The translations under genes were made by a program, and so were the position numbers. 64,000 nucleotides of DNA from an uncultured Bacillales bacterium (GTDB lineage Bacteria; Bacillota_I; Bacilli_A; RFN20; CAG-826). Below are positions 28,284 through 37,733 of the stretch, one piece after another; position 1 is the stretch's first letter; each line of letters starts with the position of its first letter. The notes under the pieces were generated by a model. It did no database searches and was not told the origin of the DNA. It was given only the letters and a program-made list of their open reading frames with translations. The DNA is taken from the NCBI GenBank assembly GCA_946409515.1, contig CAMJWS010000002.1, positions 76,506 through 140,505 of the forward strand. The letters run 5' to 3'.

Positions 28284-28312
28284 ATTATAGCCACTTTCAC
28301 TCCTACTAGCAA
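28284..28312 (-). promoter_or_regulatory. promoter for the asp23-nusB-xseAB operon (TTGCTA-17-TATAAT)
   Basis: Minus strand reads TTGCTA-GTAGGAGTGAAAGTGGC-TATAAT, about 70 nt upstream of the ATG. Confidence 0.65.
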
Positions 28313-28534
28313 GTAAATAAAAACATTTCTTTTCCCTTGAAAAATAGCTCACAAAATTCTATACGCATAATGCGTAAGCGTGTATGCTCGCACACGAACC
28401 GTGGGGTGCTGGATTTGTCAAACGTTTTTGAAAGTTTTTTTGAGCGCGTAAAAAGGAGAAAATTTACTTGACTAAAACTGACTTATAATGTATTTTCCTT
28501 TTTATATATAAAAAGGAGTGGTGGTGGAGATGAA

Positions 28535-28562
28535 CAAAAAAAGAAGCGGTGGACCCGCTTCT
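28535..28562 (-). terminator. intrinsic terminator after tkt
   Basis: Minus strand: AGAAGCGG-gtcca-CCGCTTCT followed by T7. Confidence 0.75.
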
Positions 28563-28581
28563 AATTTTATTTGTTTAGTGA

Positions 28582-30555
28582 TTATTTAAGTTTTTCAACA
28601 ACACCAGCGACAAATTCTGGAGTGAAGTTAAATTTCTTGAAGACATCTTTTGCTGGAGCACTGGCGCCGAATTGATCTAAGCCAATGTTTGTATCAGCGT
28701 ATTTAGCCCAACCAAATGTGGAAAGCATTTCGATAGAAACACATTTTGCCTTTGGAAGATTGATAACACTATTCTTATAAGCTTCATCTTGCTTTTCAAA
28801 GTATGACCAGCATGGCATAGAGACGACTCTCACATCGATGCCTTTTTCAAGTAATAATGCTTGAGCGGCGACCGCTAAACTGACTTCACTACCTGTCGCG
28901 ATTAAGACAAAGTCAGCTTTCTTAGCTTCTTTGCTAACGACATATGCACCACGCTTTAAGGCTTCGCCATCACTTTCCTTTAATAAAGGAAGATTTTGAC
29001 GGGAGAGGATAATCGCGGTTGGATGATTCTTGCTTTGTAAAGCGGCAAACCAAGCACCATATGTTTCTCTTTCATCAGCTGGTCTAATAACATCCATATT
29101 TGGAATGCTACGTAACATTGCTAATTGTTCGATTGGTTGATGTGTTGGACCATCTTCGCCTACGGCGATACTATCGTGAGATAATAAGTAGATAGCTGGA
29201 ACATGGCTTAATGCCGCCATACGGATGGCTGGTTTCATGTAATCAGAGAAGACGAAGAAGGCACCGACGTAGCTACGTACACCACCGTGTAAGAGCATAC
29301 CGTTTTGTGCACTCGCCATCGCGAATTCACGAATACCCCAGTTGATGTTGTGGCCTTCTCTATTGTTGGCGTCGAAGTTTGCACCATTATCGAGTTTGGT
29401 CATAACTGAACCGGCAACGTCAGCGGAACCACCGAATAAGTTTGGCATGGAAAGCATTAAGTAATTTAAGGCTTTGCCAGAGGCAACACGGGTGGATGTA
29501 GAAGAACCTTCAACGAAGTCTGGGTAAACACCTGGTAAGTATTTATCAACATCAACGCCGTTTAAGGAAACGAAACGATCATATTCATCTTTGGTTTTCT
29601 TGTCAGCCGCTAATTTAGCTAAAGCATCATTGTAGGCCTTAAGAGCTTTTTCACCACGGGCACCAAAGGTGTTAGCGAATAAATCATAAACTTCTTGTGG
29701 GACATAGAAGTCTTCATGGTCGAAACCATAGGATAACTTAGCGGCTTTGCCGTCTTCAGCACCTAATGGGTTACCATGGACTTTATTTGTGCCTTGTTTT
29801 GCACTACCATAACCGATAACGGTATGAATCATAATCATTGTTGGTTTGTCTTTGCTCTTTTTAGCTTTGCTAATAGCAGCGTCGATTGCGTCGACATCAT
29901 TACCATCAGCAACTTCTAAGACATCCCATTCACTGGCTAAGAATCTAGCTTTAACTTGTTCAGAGAAAGATAAGTCTAAGGCACCATCAAGTGTAACTTG
30001 GTTAGCGTCATAAAGAAGAATCATCTTATTGAGTTTTAAGTGACCGGCTAAGGAGATAGCTTCTTGAGAGATACCTTCCTGTAAGCAGCCATCACCGCAT
30101 AAGGCGTATGTGTAGTGATTGCAAACTTCATCGCCAAAGCTATAAAGCTTGTTAACCATTTGTTCCGCCATCGCCATACCAACGGCTTGGGAGATACCTT
30201 GTCCTAAAGGACCACTTGTGGCATCAACGCCATCAGTCCAACCATATTCTGGGTGACCTGGAGTTAAGGAATCGATTTGACGGAATTGTTTCATGTCATC
30301 CATGCTGATTTTATAACCGCTTAAATGAAGCATTGTGTATAAAAGCGCGGATGCGTGACCGGCGGAAAGGACAAAACGGTCTCTATTGAACCATTTGCTG
30401 TCTTTTGGAGTGGCCACTAAATGCTTTGTGAATAAGGTATACAAAGCAGGAGCGCTACCTAAGGCCATACCTGGGTGACCAGAGTTCGCTTTGTTAATTG
30501 TGTCAATGCACAATGATCTGATTGTGGCAATTGCTAATTGATCGTTTTTGTTCAT
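28582..30555 (-). CDS. tkt: transketolase
   Basis: 657 aa. SGHPG, ThDP motif GDGCLQEG, and HDSIAVGEDGPTHQP. Confidence 0.95.
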   Translation of the reverse strand: MNKNDQLAIATIRSLCIDTINKANSGHPGMALGSAPALYTLFTKHLVATPKDSKWFNRDRFVLSAGHASALLYTMLHLSGYKISMDDMKQFRQIDSLTPGHPEYGWTDGVDATSGPLGQGISQAVGMAMAEQMVNKLYSFGDEVCNHYTYALCGDGCLQEGISQEAISLAGHLKLNKMILLYDANQVTLDGALDLSFSEQVKARFLASEWDVLEVADGNDVDAIDAAISKAKKSKDKPTMIMIHTVIGYGSAKQGTNKVHGNPLGAEDGKAAKLSYGFDHEDFYVPQEVYDLFANTFGARGEKALKAYNDALAKLAADKKTKDEYDRFVSLNGVDVDKYLPGVYPDFVEGSSTSTRVASGKALNYLMLSMPNLFGGSADVAGSVMTKLDNGANFDANNREGHNINWGIREFAMASAQNGMLLHGGVRSYVGAFFVFSDYMKPAIRMAALSHVPAIYLLSHDSIAVGEDGPTHQPIEQLAMLRSIPNMDVIRPADERETYGAWFAALQSKNHPTAIILSRQNLPLLKESDGEALKRGAYVVSKEAKKADFVLIATGSEVSLAVAAQALLLEKGIDVRVVSMPCWSYFEKQDEAYKNSVINLPKAKCVSIEMLSTFGWAKYADTNIGLDQFGASAPAKDVFKKFNFTPEFVAGVVEKLK

Positions 30556-30620
30556 GTTTTTTCCTCTGTAATTAGTAATTATTTAGTATTTTAATAGTTT
30601 TTGTATAACTATGTTATAAC

Positions 30621-32345
30621 CTAGTTGTCGAATTTGATGCCTAATTCATCAAGTTGCGCTTGTGTGACATTTGTTGGCGCATTGGTCATTGGGTCCACCG
30701 CCGCTAAGTTCTTAGGGAAGGCAATGACGTCACGAATGTTGTCTGTGCCACCTAAAATCATGGCGAGTCTGTCTAAGCCAAAGGCCATGCCAGCGTGTGG
30801 AGGTGTGCCATATTGAAGGGCATCAACGAAGTAACCAAATCTCTCTTTGATTTCTTCATCACTTAAGCCCAAGACTTCAAAGATTTTTCTTTGCATATCT
30901 TGGTTATAAATACGAAGAGTACCACCACCAGCTTCATAACCATTGATGACAATGTCATAAGCATAGCTTAAGACTTTGGTTGGATCAGTATCTAAGTATT
31001 TGACATCTTCGTCTCTTGGACGGGTGAAAGGATGGTGAGTAGCAACGATTGCCCCACTTTCCACGTCTCTTTCAAACATTGGGAAGTCGATGACCCATAA
31101 TAAGTCATAGGTTCCTTCTTTGATGAGACCAAGTTCACGTCCGTACTTTAAGCGTAGCGCACCTAATAAAGGTGTAACACGATTATCATTACCTGCGGCA
31201 ATGATTAATATGTCATTATCCTTTAGGGCTAATCTTTCGTTTAAAGCCTTAATTTCGGCTTCAGAAAGGAATTTAACGAAGGAACCGGTTAATTCCCCGT
31301 TTTCTTTCTTAAGAACGGTTAAACCGCCTAAACCGAACTTCTTGGCTTCTAAGGTTAAGCCATCAATGACTTTTCTAGAAGTTTGGTCAGCGACACCATT
31401 AACAACGATAGCCTTAATGGCTTCTGCGGTTTGATAACCAGCAAATGTTGTATCTTTAAATATATTTTTAATATTATTTAATTCGATGCCGAATCTTGTA
31501 TCTGGTTTATCACTACCGAATCTATCCATAGCTTCCTTATAGGTCATTTGTCTAAGTGGAAGCTTCACATCGTAGTTAATTGTGGCTTTAAAGATATCTT
31601 TAATGAGTTCTTCCATTAAAGTTAAGAATTGATTTTGATCTAAGAAACTTGTTTCAACGTCGATTTGGGTGAAATCAGGTTGACGGTCCGCTCTTAGATC
31701 TTCATCTCTAAAGCATCTCGCGATTTGATAATATCTTTCAAAGCCTGCAACCATGAGTAATTGCTTAAACATTTGTGGGCTTTGTGGTAAAGCATAGAAT
31801 TGACCTTTATGCACACGGGATGGCACTAAATACTCTTTTGCACCTTCAGGTGAGGAGGCACAAAGCATTGGTGTTTCAATTTCGATGAAGTGATGACGAT
31901 GCATAAAGCTATGTGTGGTCATCTTAATTGTGTCACGGACATCGAAATAATGTTGCATGCAAGGACGACGTAAGTCGAGATAACGATATTTAAGCCTGGT
32001 GTCTTCTAAGGCGTCTGTCTCGTCAGCGATGATTAAAGGTGTGGTTTTCGCTGTATTTAGTAAAACTACTTCACTAGCGATAACTTCGATTTCACCACTT
32101 TTGAGTTTAGGATTAGCGACCGCTCTTTTGGCGACTTCACCTTTCACTTGAATGACGTATTCATTTCTGACATCAGGAATTTCAACGTTGTCATTAACGA
32201 CAATTTGGATTAAACCGAAACGATCTCTTAAATCGATAAAGAGTAAAGATCCAAGATTTCTTCTTTTGCTGACCCAACCAATGAGGGTGACTTTTTCACC
32301 AACATTAGCTAAGCCAAGTTCATTGCTGTAATGGCTTCTTTCCAT
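30621..32345 (-). CDS. aspS: aspartate--tRNA ligase
   Basis: 574 aa. N-terminal OB fold, class II motifs (FRDEDLRADRQPEF-like, GLDRL). Confidence 0.95.
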   Translation of the reverse strand: MERSHYSNELGLANVGEKVTLIGWVSKRRNLGSLLFIDLRDRFGLIQIVVNDNVEIPDVRNEYVIQVKGEVAKRAVANPKLKSGEIEVIASEVVLLNTAKTTPLIIADETDALEDTRLKYRYLDLRRPCMQHYFDVRDTIKMTTHSFMHRHHFIEIETPMLCASSPEGAKEYLVPSRVHKGQFYALPQSPQMFKQLLMVAGFERYYQIARCFRDEDLRADRQPDFTQIDVETSFLDQNQFLTLMEELIKDIFKATINYDVKLPLRQMTYKEAMDRFGSDKPDTRFGIELNNIKNIFKDTTFAGYQTAEAIKAIVVNGVADQTSRKVIDGLTLEAKKFGLGGLTVLKKENGELTGSFVKFLSEAEIKALNERLALKDNDILIIAAGNDNRVTPLLGALRLKYGRELGLIKEGTYDLLWVIDFPMFERDVESGAIVATHHPFTRPRDEDVKYLDTDPTKVLSYAYDIVINGYEAGGGTLRIYNQDMQRKIFEVLGLSDEEIKERFGYFVDALQYGTPPHAGMAFGLDRLAMILGGTDNIRDVIAFPKNLAAVDPMTNAPTNVTQAQLDELGIKFDN

Positions 32346-32365
32346 AATACTACCTACCTTTGTGA

Positions 32366-33655
32366 TTAATCACAAAATTCTTCACCCATTTCAGTAGAAA
32401 TGGTTTCTATTAATTTCTCTAGTTCACAACTCTTTTGTTCAGTTGTTTCTAGATTTTTAATAACAACTTGTTGTTTGCTAACCTCATCTTCACCGATGAT
32501 GATGGCAAACTTGGCGCCTTTTCTTTCAGCGCGCTTAAACATATTACCGAGCTTGACATCTTCAAAGCAGATATCAGTGCGGAATCCAGATAATCTGAGT
32601 TCAGAGGCCACTAATTGGGCCATTGTTTTGGCTTCATTACCTAATGGCATGACATAGATTTCAACATTTGTGTTGATGTTATCTGGTAATAATTCATCGT
32701 CTTTAAGAACGGAATAAAGTCTTTCAACACCGAAAGAGAATCCGACACCAGCGGCATCTGGACCACCGATTTCTTTGACTAATTTGTCATAGTGACCACC
32801 AGCACCAATTGCACCGTAATCATTACCGGTCTTAGAAACATAATGGAATTCAAAGACGGTTTCAGCGTAGTAGTCTAAGCCTCTCACTAAAGTATCATCT
32901 ACTTCGTAAGGAATATCTAAAGCATCTAATAATTCAAGGACTCTAGCGAATCTTGCCTTAGCAGCATCGCTTAAGTAATCTTTCATCTTAGGCGCGCCTT
33001 TAACGATTTCTTGGTCTTCTGGAACCTTGCAGTCAAGGATTCTAAGAGGATTAAGTTCATAACGACTATGGCAGTCAGGACACATCTTATCTAAGTGTTT
33101 AGCAAAATAAGCTTTAAGCGCTTCTTTATAAGCGTTACGTGATTCATCATCGCCTAGGGTATTAATGGCGATTTTAACGTTTTCTAAGTTCAAAGAACTT
33201 AAGATGGTATACGCTAAAGTGATAACCTCGACATCGATTTCAGGAGTGTTGTTACCCACTGCTTCGACACCGAATTGGTTGAACTGTCTATATCTACCTA
33301 ATTGTGGTCTTTCGTAGCGGAAGACAGGGCCACAGTAATAAACCTTAAATGGAAGTTCATTCGTCGCTAATAACTTGTTTTGGACAATTAAACGCATAAT
33401 ACCAGCGGTGAATTCTGGACGTAAAGTGATTGAACGATCAGCTTTATCGTTGAATGTGTACATTTCCTTACGGACGATATCACTACCTTCACCAACGCCA
33501 CGGACAAATAACTCGCTATGTTCCATGACTGGAGGTCTAACTTCGTTATAGGCGAATAATTCGCAAATTTGTTTTAAAACATTTTCGATATAAGCGAAAC
33601 CATTAGCTTCTTCACCAATGATGTCGTGAGTACCTTTAACATTGTTTGTTAACAT
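32366..33655 (-). CDS. hisS: histidine--tRNA ligase
   Basis: 429 aa class II HisRS (RPEFT, YRYERPQ.GR.RQF, GGGRYD-like GAGGHYD). Confidence 0.95.
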   Translation of the reverse strand: MLTNNVKGTHDIIGEEANGFAYIENVLKQICELFAYNEVRPPVMEHSELFVRGVGEGSDIVRKEMYTFNDKADRSITLRPEFTAGIMRLIVQNKLLATNELPFKVYYCGPVFRYERPQLGRYRQFNQFGVEAVGNNTPEIDVEVITLAYTILSSLNLENVKIAINTLGDDESRNAYKEALKAYFAKHLDKMCPDCHSRYELNPLRILDCKVPEDQEIVKGAPKMKDYLSDAAKARFARVLELLDALDIPYEVDDTLVRGLDYYAETVFEFHYVSKTGNDYGAIGAGGHYDKLVKEIGGPDAAGVGFSFGVERLYSVLKDDELLPDNINTNVEIYVMPLGNEAKTMAQLVASELRLSGFRTDICFEDVKLGNMFKRAERKGAKFAIIIGEDEVSKQQVVIKNLETTEQKSCELEKLIETISTEMGEEFCD

Positions 33656-33666
33656 ATCTTTTCTCC

Positions 33667-35877
33667 TTAATGAATGACACGGTCAATACGATAAACGCCA
33701 GTAATACCTTTTAGCAAAACAAAGATATCATGTAGACGTTTAGCATCGCTAACCATGATAGTCGCGCTAATTGTCGCGGATAAGTTTTGGCTGTTACTTC
33801 TAGCGTGGATGTTATTAAGACCCACTTTCGCATTTTGGAAGACCGCCATTACATCCATGAGCAAGTTGTTTCTATCACTTGCTTCAATGATGATATCAAC
33901 TGGATAAGTCGCGAATTCAATATCGTCTCTCCAATAGACATCGATTAATCGTTCTTTTTCGTTAGCGATATTTGGGCAGTTCTTTCTATGCACGCTGATG
34001 CCCTTACCACGTGTAATATAGCCGATAATGTCGTCTCCTGGGACTGGAGTGCAGCAATTTGCTAAAGCAATGGCAATCTTACCAGCGCCTTTAATATAGA
34101 CTGGACAATGATCGTTTTTATCAGTTTTACGTTTTGTGAAGTTAACTTCTAAGTTCACTGGACGCTTAATCTTTAAGAAATCAATAAGCGCACTAGCGGT
34201 TGGTTTTCTACCAGAGACACCGATAAATAATGAGTCAACATCTTGGAAATTGTAATAATCCAAGACTTTATCGGTATCGAGAAGTTTCATCATTTCATCT
34301 TCTTCAATGCCGCGTTCATGGAAGGCATCAACACAGCTTTGTTTGCCTTTAGCGATTCTGTCTTCTCTCATCATCTCTGCGTTCTTTTTAGCGATGTATT
34401 TTCTAATCGCAGTTTTTGCAGAGCTAGAAGCGACAAAGTCGAGCCAGCCTTCACTTGGTACGGAGTTCTTACTAGTTTTAATTTCCACCATATCACCAGT
34501 CTTAAGGACAGTGTTAAGTGGCACCATCACGCCGTTAACAAGTGCACCTGTACATTGGTCGCCCACCTTCGTATGGATACGATAGGCAAAGTCAACTGGA
34601 GTACTTTCACTAGGAAGTTCCACAACCTTACCTTTTGGGGTGAACACATAAATATGTGATTCGAAGATATCACGGTTGAGATTGTCCATATATTCAGAGG
34701 CATTATCGTTTTCGGATTCGCTTGATAAGGAAACGAATTCTCTAAACCAGTGAAGTTTATTTTCGATTTCTTTTTGTTCTTGTTGTGAGTTATAAACACC
34801 TTCTTTATAAGCCCAGTGCGCAGCAATGCCGGTTTCAGCGATGCTATCCATTTCTTTAGTTCTAATTTGGACTTCGTAGAAGTTACCATCACCACCGACA
34901 ATTGTGGTGTGCAATGATTGATACATATTTGGTTTAGGCATCGCAATATAATCTTTAAATCTACCAGGAACTGGCTTATACATCTGATGGATTAAACCAA
35001 GGATTTCATAACATTCAATTTCAGTTTCAGTAATAATACGTAACGCTAAAATATCGTAGATTTCTTCGAAAGGATGACCTTTGATGTACATCTTACGATA
35101 AATAGAGTTAATGGATTTGACACGAGAGGAGATTTCAAAAGGAATCTTCTTTTCAAATAAGACATCGGCTATTCTTTTCTTTAAACCATCTAGTGACTTT
35201 TGTAAAATCTTGGTCTTCTTACTAAGTAAACGCTTGATTTCAGCGAATTTCTCAGGCTCAAGATAAGAAATACATAAGTCTTCCATTTCGCCTTTGATGA
35301 TGTCTAAACCTAGACGTTCAGCGATTGGCGCGAAGACTTCCATGGTTTCTTTACAAATAGCGATTTGTCTTTCTCTTGATAAAGCGCCTAATGTTCTTAA
35401 GTTATGTAATCTATCAGCGAGCTTGATTAAAATGACACGGATATCTTTAGCCATGCCAATGAAAATCTTACGGTGATCTTCCGCTTCAAACTCTTCACTA
35501 GTGATTTTGGATAGTTTTAAACGTTGAATCTTTGTTAAAGCATCAACGATACGAGCGACTTCTTCGCCCCATCTCTTCTTGATATCTTCAACGGTGACAT
35601 CAGTGTCTTCGACAACGTCATGTAATAAACCAGCGATAATGGTATTAGGGCCAGATTGAAGACTCGCTAAGATATAAGCAACTTCAATGAGGTGATGATA
35701 ATATGGTTCACCACTTTTTCTAGTTTGGCCTTGGTGCTTTTCAATAATAAAATTATATGCCTCTTCGATTCTTCTTCTGTCCTCAGGAGAAGAGATGTAA
35801 AGCATATAGATATCTTCTACTTCTTGAAAAGTGTGCAGTGGATAGCCACCATTAACGGGAGGTTTCTTATTTTCCAT
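33667..35877 (-). CDS. relA: bifunctional (p)ppGpp synthetase/hydrolase (RSH)
   Basis: HD hydrolase (HHLIEVA...LLHDVVEDT), synthetase domain (YRSLHT-like YQSLHTT), then TGS and ACT domains. Confidence 0.95.
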   Translation of the reverse strand: MENKKPPVNGGYPLHTFQEVEDIYMLYISSPEDRRRIEEAYNFIIEKHQGQTRKSGEPYYHHLIEVAYILASLQSGPNTIIAGLLHDVVEDTDVTVEDIKKRWGEEVARIVDALTKIQRLKLSKITSEEFEAEDHRKIFIGMAKDIRVILIKLADRLHNLRTLGALSRERQIAICKETMEVFAPIAERLGLDIIKGEMEDLCISYLEPEKFAEIKRLLSKKTKILQKSLDGLKKRIADVLFEKKIPFEISSRVKSINSIYRKMYIKGHPFEEIYDILALRIITETEIECYEILGLIHQMYKPVPGRFKDYIAMPKPNMYQSLHTTIVGGDGNFYEVQIRTKEMDSIAETGIAAHWAYKEGVYNSQQEQKEIENKLHWFREFVSLSSESENDNASEYMDNLNRDIFESHIYVFTPKGKVVELPSESTPVDFAYRIHTKVGDQCTGALVNGVMVPLNTVLKTGDMVEIKTSKNSVPSEGWLDFVASSSAKTAIRKYIAKKNAEMMREDRIAKGKQSCVDAFHERGIEEDEMMKLLDTDKVLDYYNFQDVDSLFIGVSGRKPTASALIDFLKIKRPVNLEVNFTKRKTDKNDHCPVYIKGAGKIAIALANCCTPVPGDDIIGYITRGKGISVHRKNCPNIANEKERLIDVYWRDDIEFATYPVDIIIEASDRNNLLMDVMAVFQNAKVGLNNIHARSNSQNLSATISATIMVSDAKRLHDIFVLLKGITGVYRIDRVIH

Positions 35878-35951
35878 ACCTATTATCTTAAATCATTTCC
35901 TTTAATTTTCTCAAGAAAATAAAGAAGACTTATTAATAAAAGAGTATAGAA

Positions 35952-37733
35952 TTAGTCATTTTTGAACTGTAAAAGATAAAGTTTGTGATAATAGCCCTTT
36001 TGTTTAAGCAAGGATTGATGTGTGCCTTTTTCAATGACTTCACCTTTATTTAAGACAATGATTTGATCAGCGTTTTGAATGGTTGATAATCTATGGGCCA
36101 CGACAAGCATTGTACCGATATTTTTAATCTTTTCTAAAGAATCTTGGATGAGCTTTTCAGTTTCTGTATCGATATTCGCTGTGGCTTCATCAAGAATAAG
36201 GATTTGTGGTTTATGTAAAACAGTTCTTGCGAATGAAAGAAGTTGTCTTTGACCTTGGGAGAAGTTTTCACCTTTTTCTAAGACTTCAGTATCTAAGCCA
36301 TTATCTAATTTATTAATGAACTTATCAGCGTTTACATATTCGCAAACTTTATTGATTTCTTCATCGCTGTATTCATCGTCATGAAGGGTAATATTATTAC
36401 GAATTGTGCCGGTGAATAAGAAAACATCTTGAAGCATTTGTCCAACGGCTTTTCTTAAAGAATGGATTTCGATATCATTGATATCCACGCCATCGAGGAG
36501 AATTTGACCTTTTTGGATGGAGAAATTCCTCACTATCAAAGATAGGATTGTGGTTTTACCCGCTCCAGTAGCGCCCACAAAGGCGACAGTTTGACGTGGT
36601 TCAATCACAAACGAGACATCCTTAAGGATCCATTCATCTTTTTCATAGGCAAACCAGACATTTTTGAATTCAATGCGACCTTCAAAATGATCCATAACGA
36701 TTGGATTTGGTTTATCTAAGACTTCTGGAGGCACATCAAGAAGGTTAAATAATCTTTCACTTGAAGATGTAGCTTTTTGAATTTGATTGATTTGGTCCGC
36801 AATGTTTTGTACTGGGTTAAAGAACCTGTTCAAATAGTTGTAGAAAGCCACGATAATACCTGGAGTAAAGTTAAGTTTAATACCCACGAAGAAAGTCACC
36901 GCTAAAGCGGAGAAATAGACGAATGTGATAAATGGACGGTAAACAGCAAAGGCCATTAAGACTTTGAACTTAGTGTTTCTAAGTTGTTTATTCTTCACGT
37001 TGAATTCATTTTCCTTACGTTTTTGTTGATTAAAGATTTGAATAATCTTCATACCAGAAAGATTCTCGTTAAGGAATGTGTTCATGTCACTGGTGTATTG
37101 TCTTTCTTTACGGAATAACTTGGTAACAATATTTCTAAAGATGAACGAGGCCACAAAAACAACAGCGACAAAGGCAAGGAGAATTAAAGAAAGCTGCCAA
37201 GACAAGATGAACATGATGATATAGACACCGATGATTGTCAAAATGTTACGTAGTAACATAACCAAAACATTAGTGAATAAATCACTCATTGATGTCGTAT
37301 AGTTAGCGACTCTAGTAACCAAAGAGCCCACAGGCATCATATTGAACTGATTTTGGGACATGTTTTCAATATGCGTGAAGACTTCCATTCTTAGTTTATA
37401 AACAATTCTTTGACCTGCCTTTTGAAGGATCATACTCTCAAAGTAAATGAAGGTTTGTGACAAAATACTTAACGCAAGCCAGCCGAAAGATATGCCTAGA
37501 ATTGTGCTGAGTGGAGTCATAATCACTGGCATAGTTTCAGTGACGGCAATACTATCCACGAACTGTTTGATGATAAGTGGTAACAAGATATCACCACCGA
37601 CATTTAATAAAATTAAGAAGAAGGCAAACGCAAAAGCTTTCCATTCAGGAATGACGTAATGGCCAATGCGTTTCATCATCACTTTAAAAGGAATCTTTTT
37701 ATCGCCAAAAAGCTTTTCATTATCGTCATTCAT
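35952..37733 (-). CDS. ABC exporter, fused permease/ATPase half-transporter
   Basis: 6-TM domain followed by Walker A GATGAGKTT, signature FSQGQRQ, Walker B ILILDEAT. Confidence 0.9.
   Translation of the reverse strand: MNDDNEKLFGDKKIPFKVMMKRIGHYVIPEWKAFAFAFFLILLNVGGDILLPLIIKQFVDSIAVTETMPVIMTPLSTILGISFGWLALSILSQTFIYFESMILQKAGQRIVYKLRMEVFTHIENMSQNQFNMMPVGSLVTRVANYTTSMSDLFTNVLVMLLRNILTIIGVYIIMFILSWQLSLILLAFVAVVFVASFIFRNIVTKLFRKERQYTSDMNTFLNENLSGMKIIQIFNQQKRKENEFNVKNKQLRNTKFKVLMAFAVYRPFITFVYFSALAVTFFVGIKLNFTPGIIVAFYNYLNRFFNPVQNIADQINQIQKATSSSERLFNLLDVPPEVLDKPNPIVMDHFEGRIEFKNVWFAYEKDEWILKDVSFVIEPRQTVAFVGATGAGKTTILSLIVRNFSIQKGQILLDGVDINDIEIHSLRKAVGQMLQDVFLFTGTIRNNITLHDDEYSDEEINKVCEYVNADKFINKLDNGLDTEVLEKGENFSQGQRQLLSFARTVLHKPQILILDEATANIDTETEKLIQDSLEKIKNIGTMLVVAHRLSTIQNADQIIVLNKGEVIEKGTHQSLLKQKGYYHKLYLLQFKND

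Noticed and set aside
28468-28489. TTGACT ... TATAAT, which looks like a strong plus-strand promoter.
   Set aside because: The hexamers are only 10 nt apart, against the usual 16-18. Nothing is encoded downstream on that strand.
28530-28589. A 19-codon plus-strand ORF (MNKKRSGGPASNFICLVII) with an upstream GGAG.
   Set aside because: It is built from the tkt terminator hairpin and overlaps the tkt stop on the opposite strand. It has no supporting promoter.
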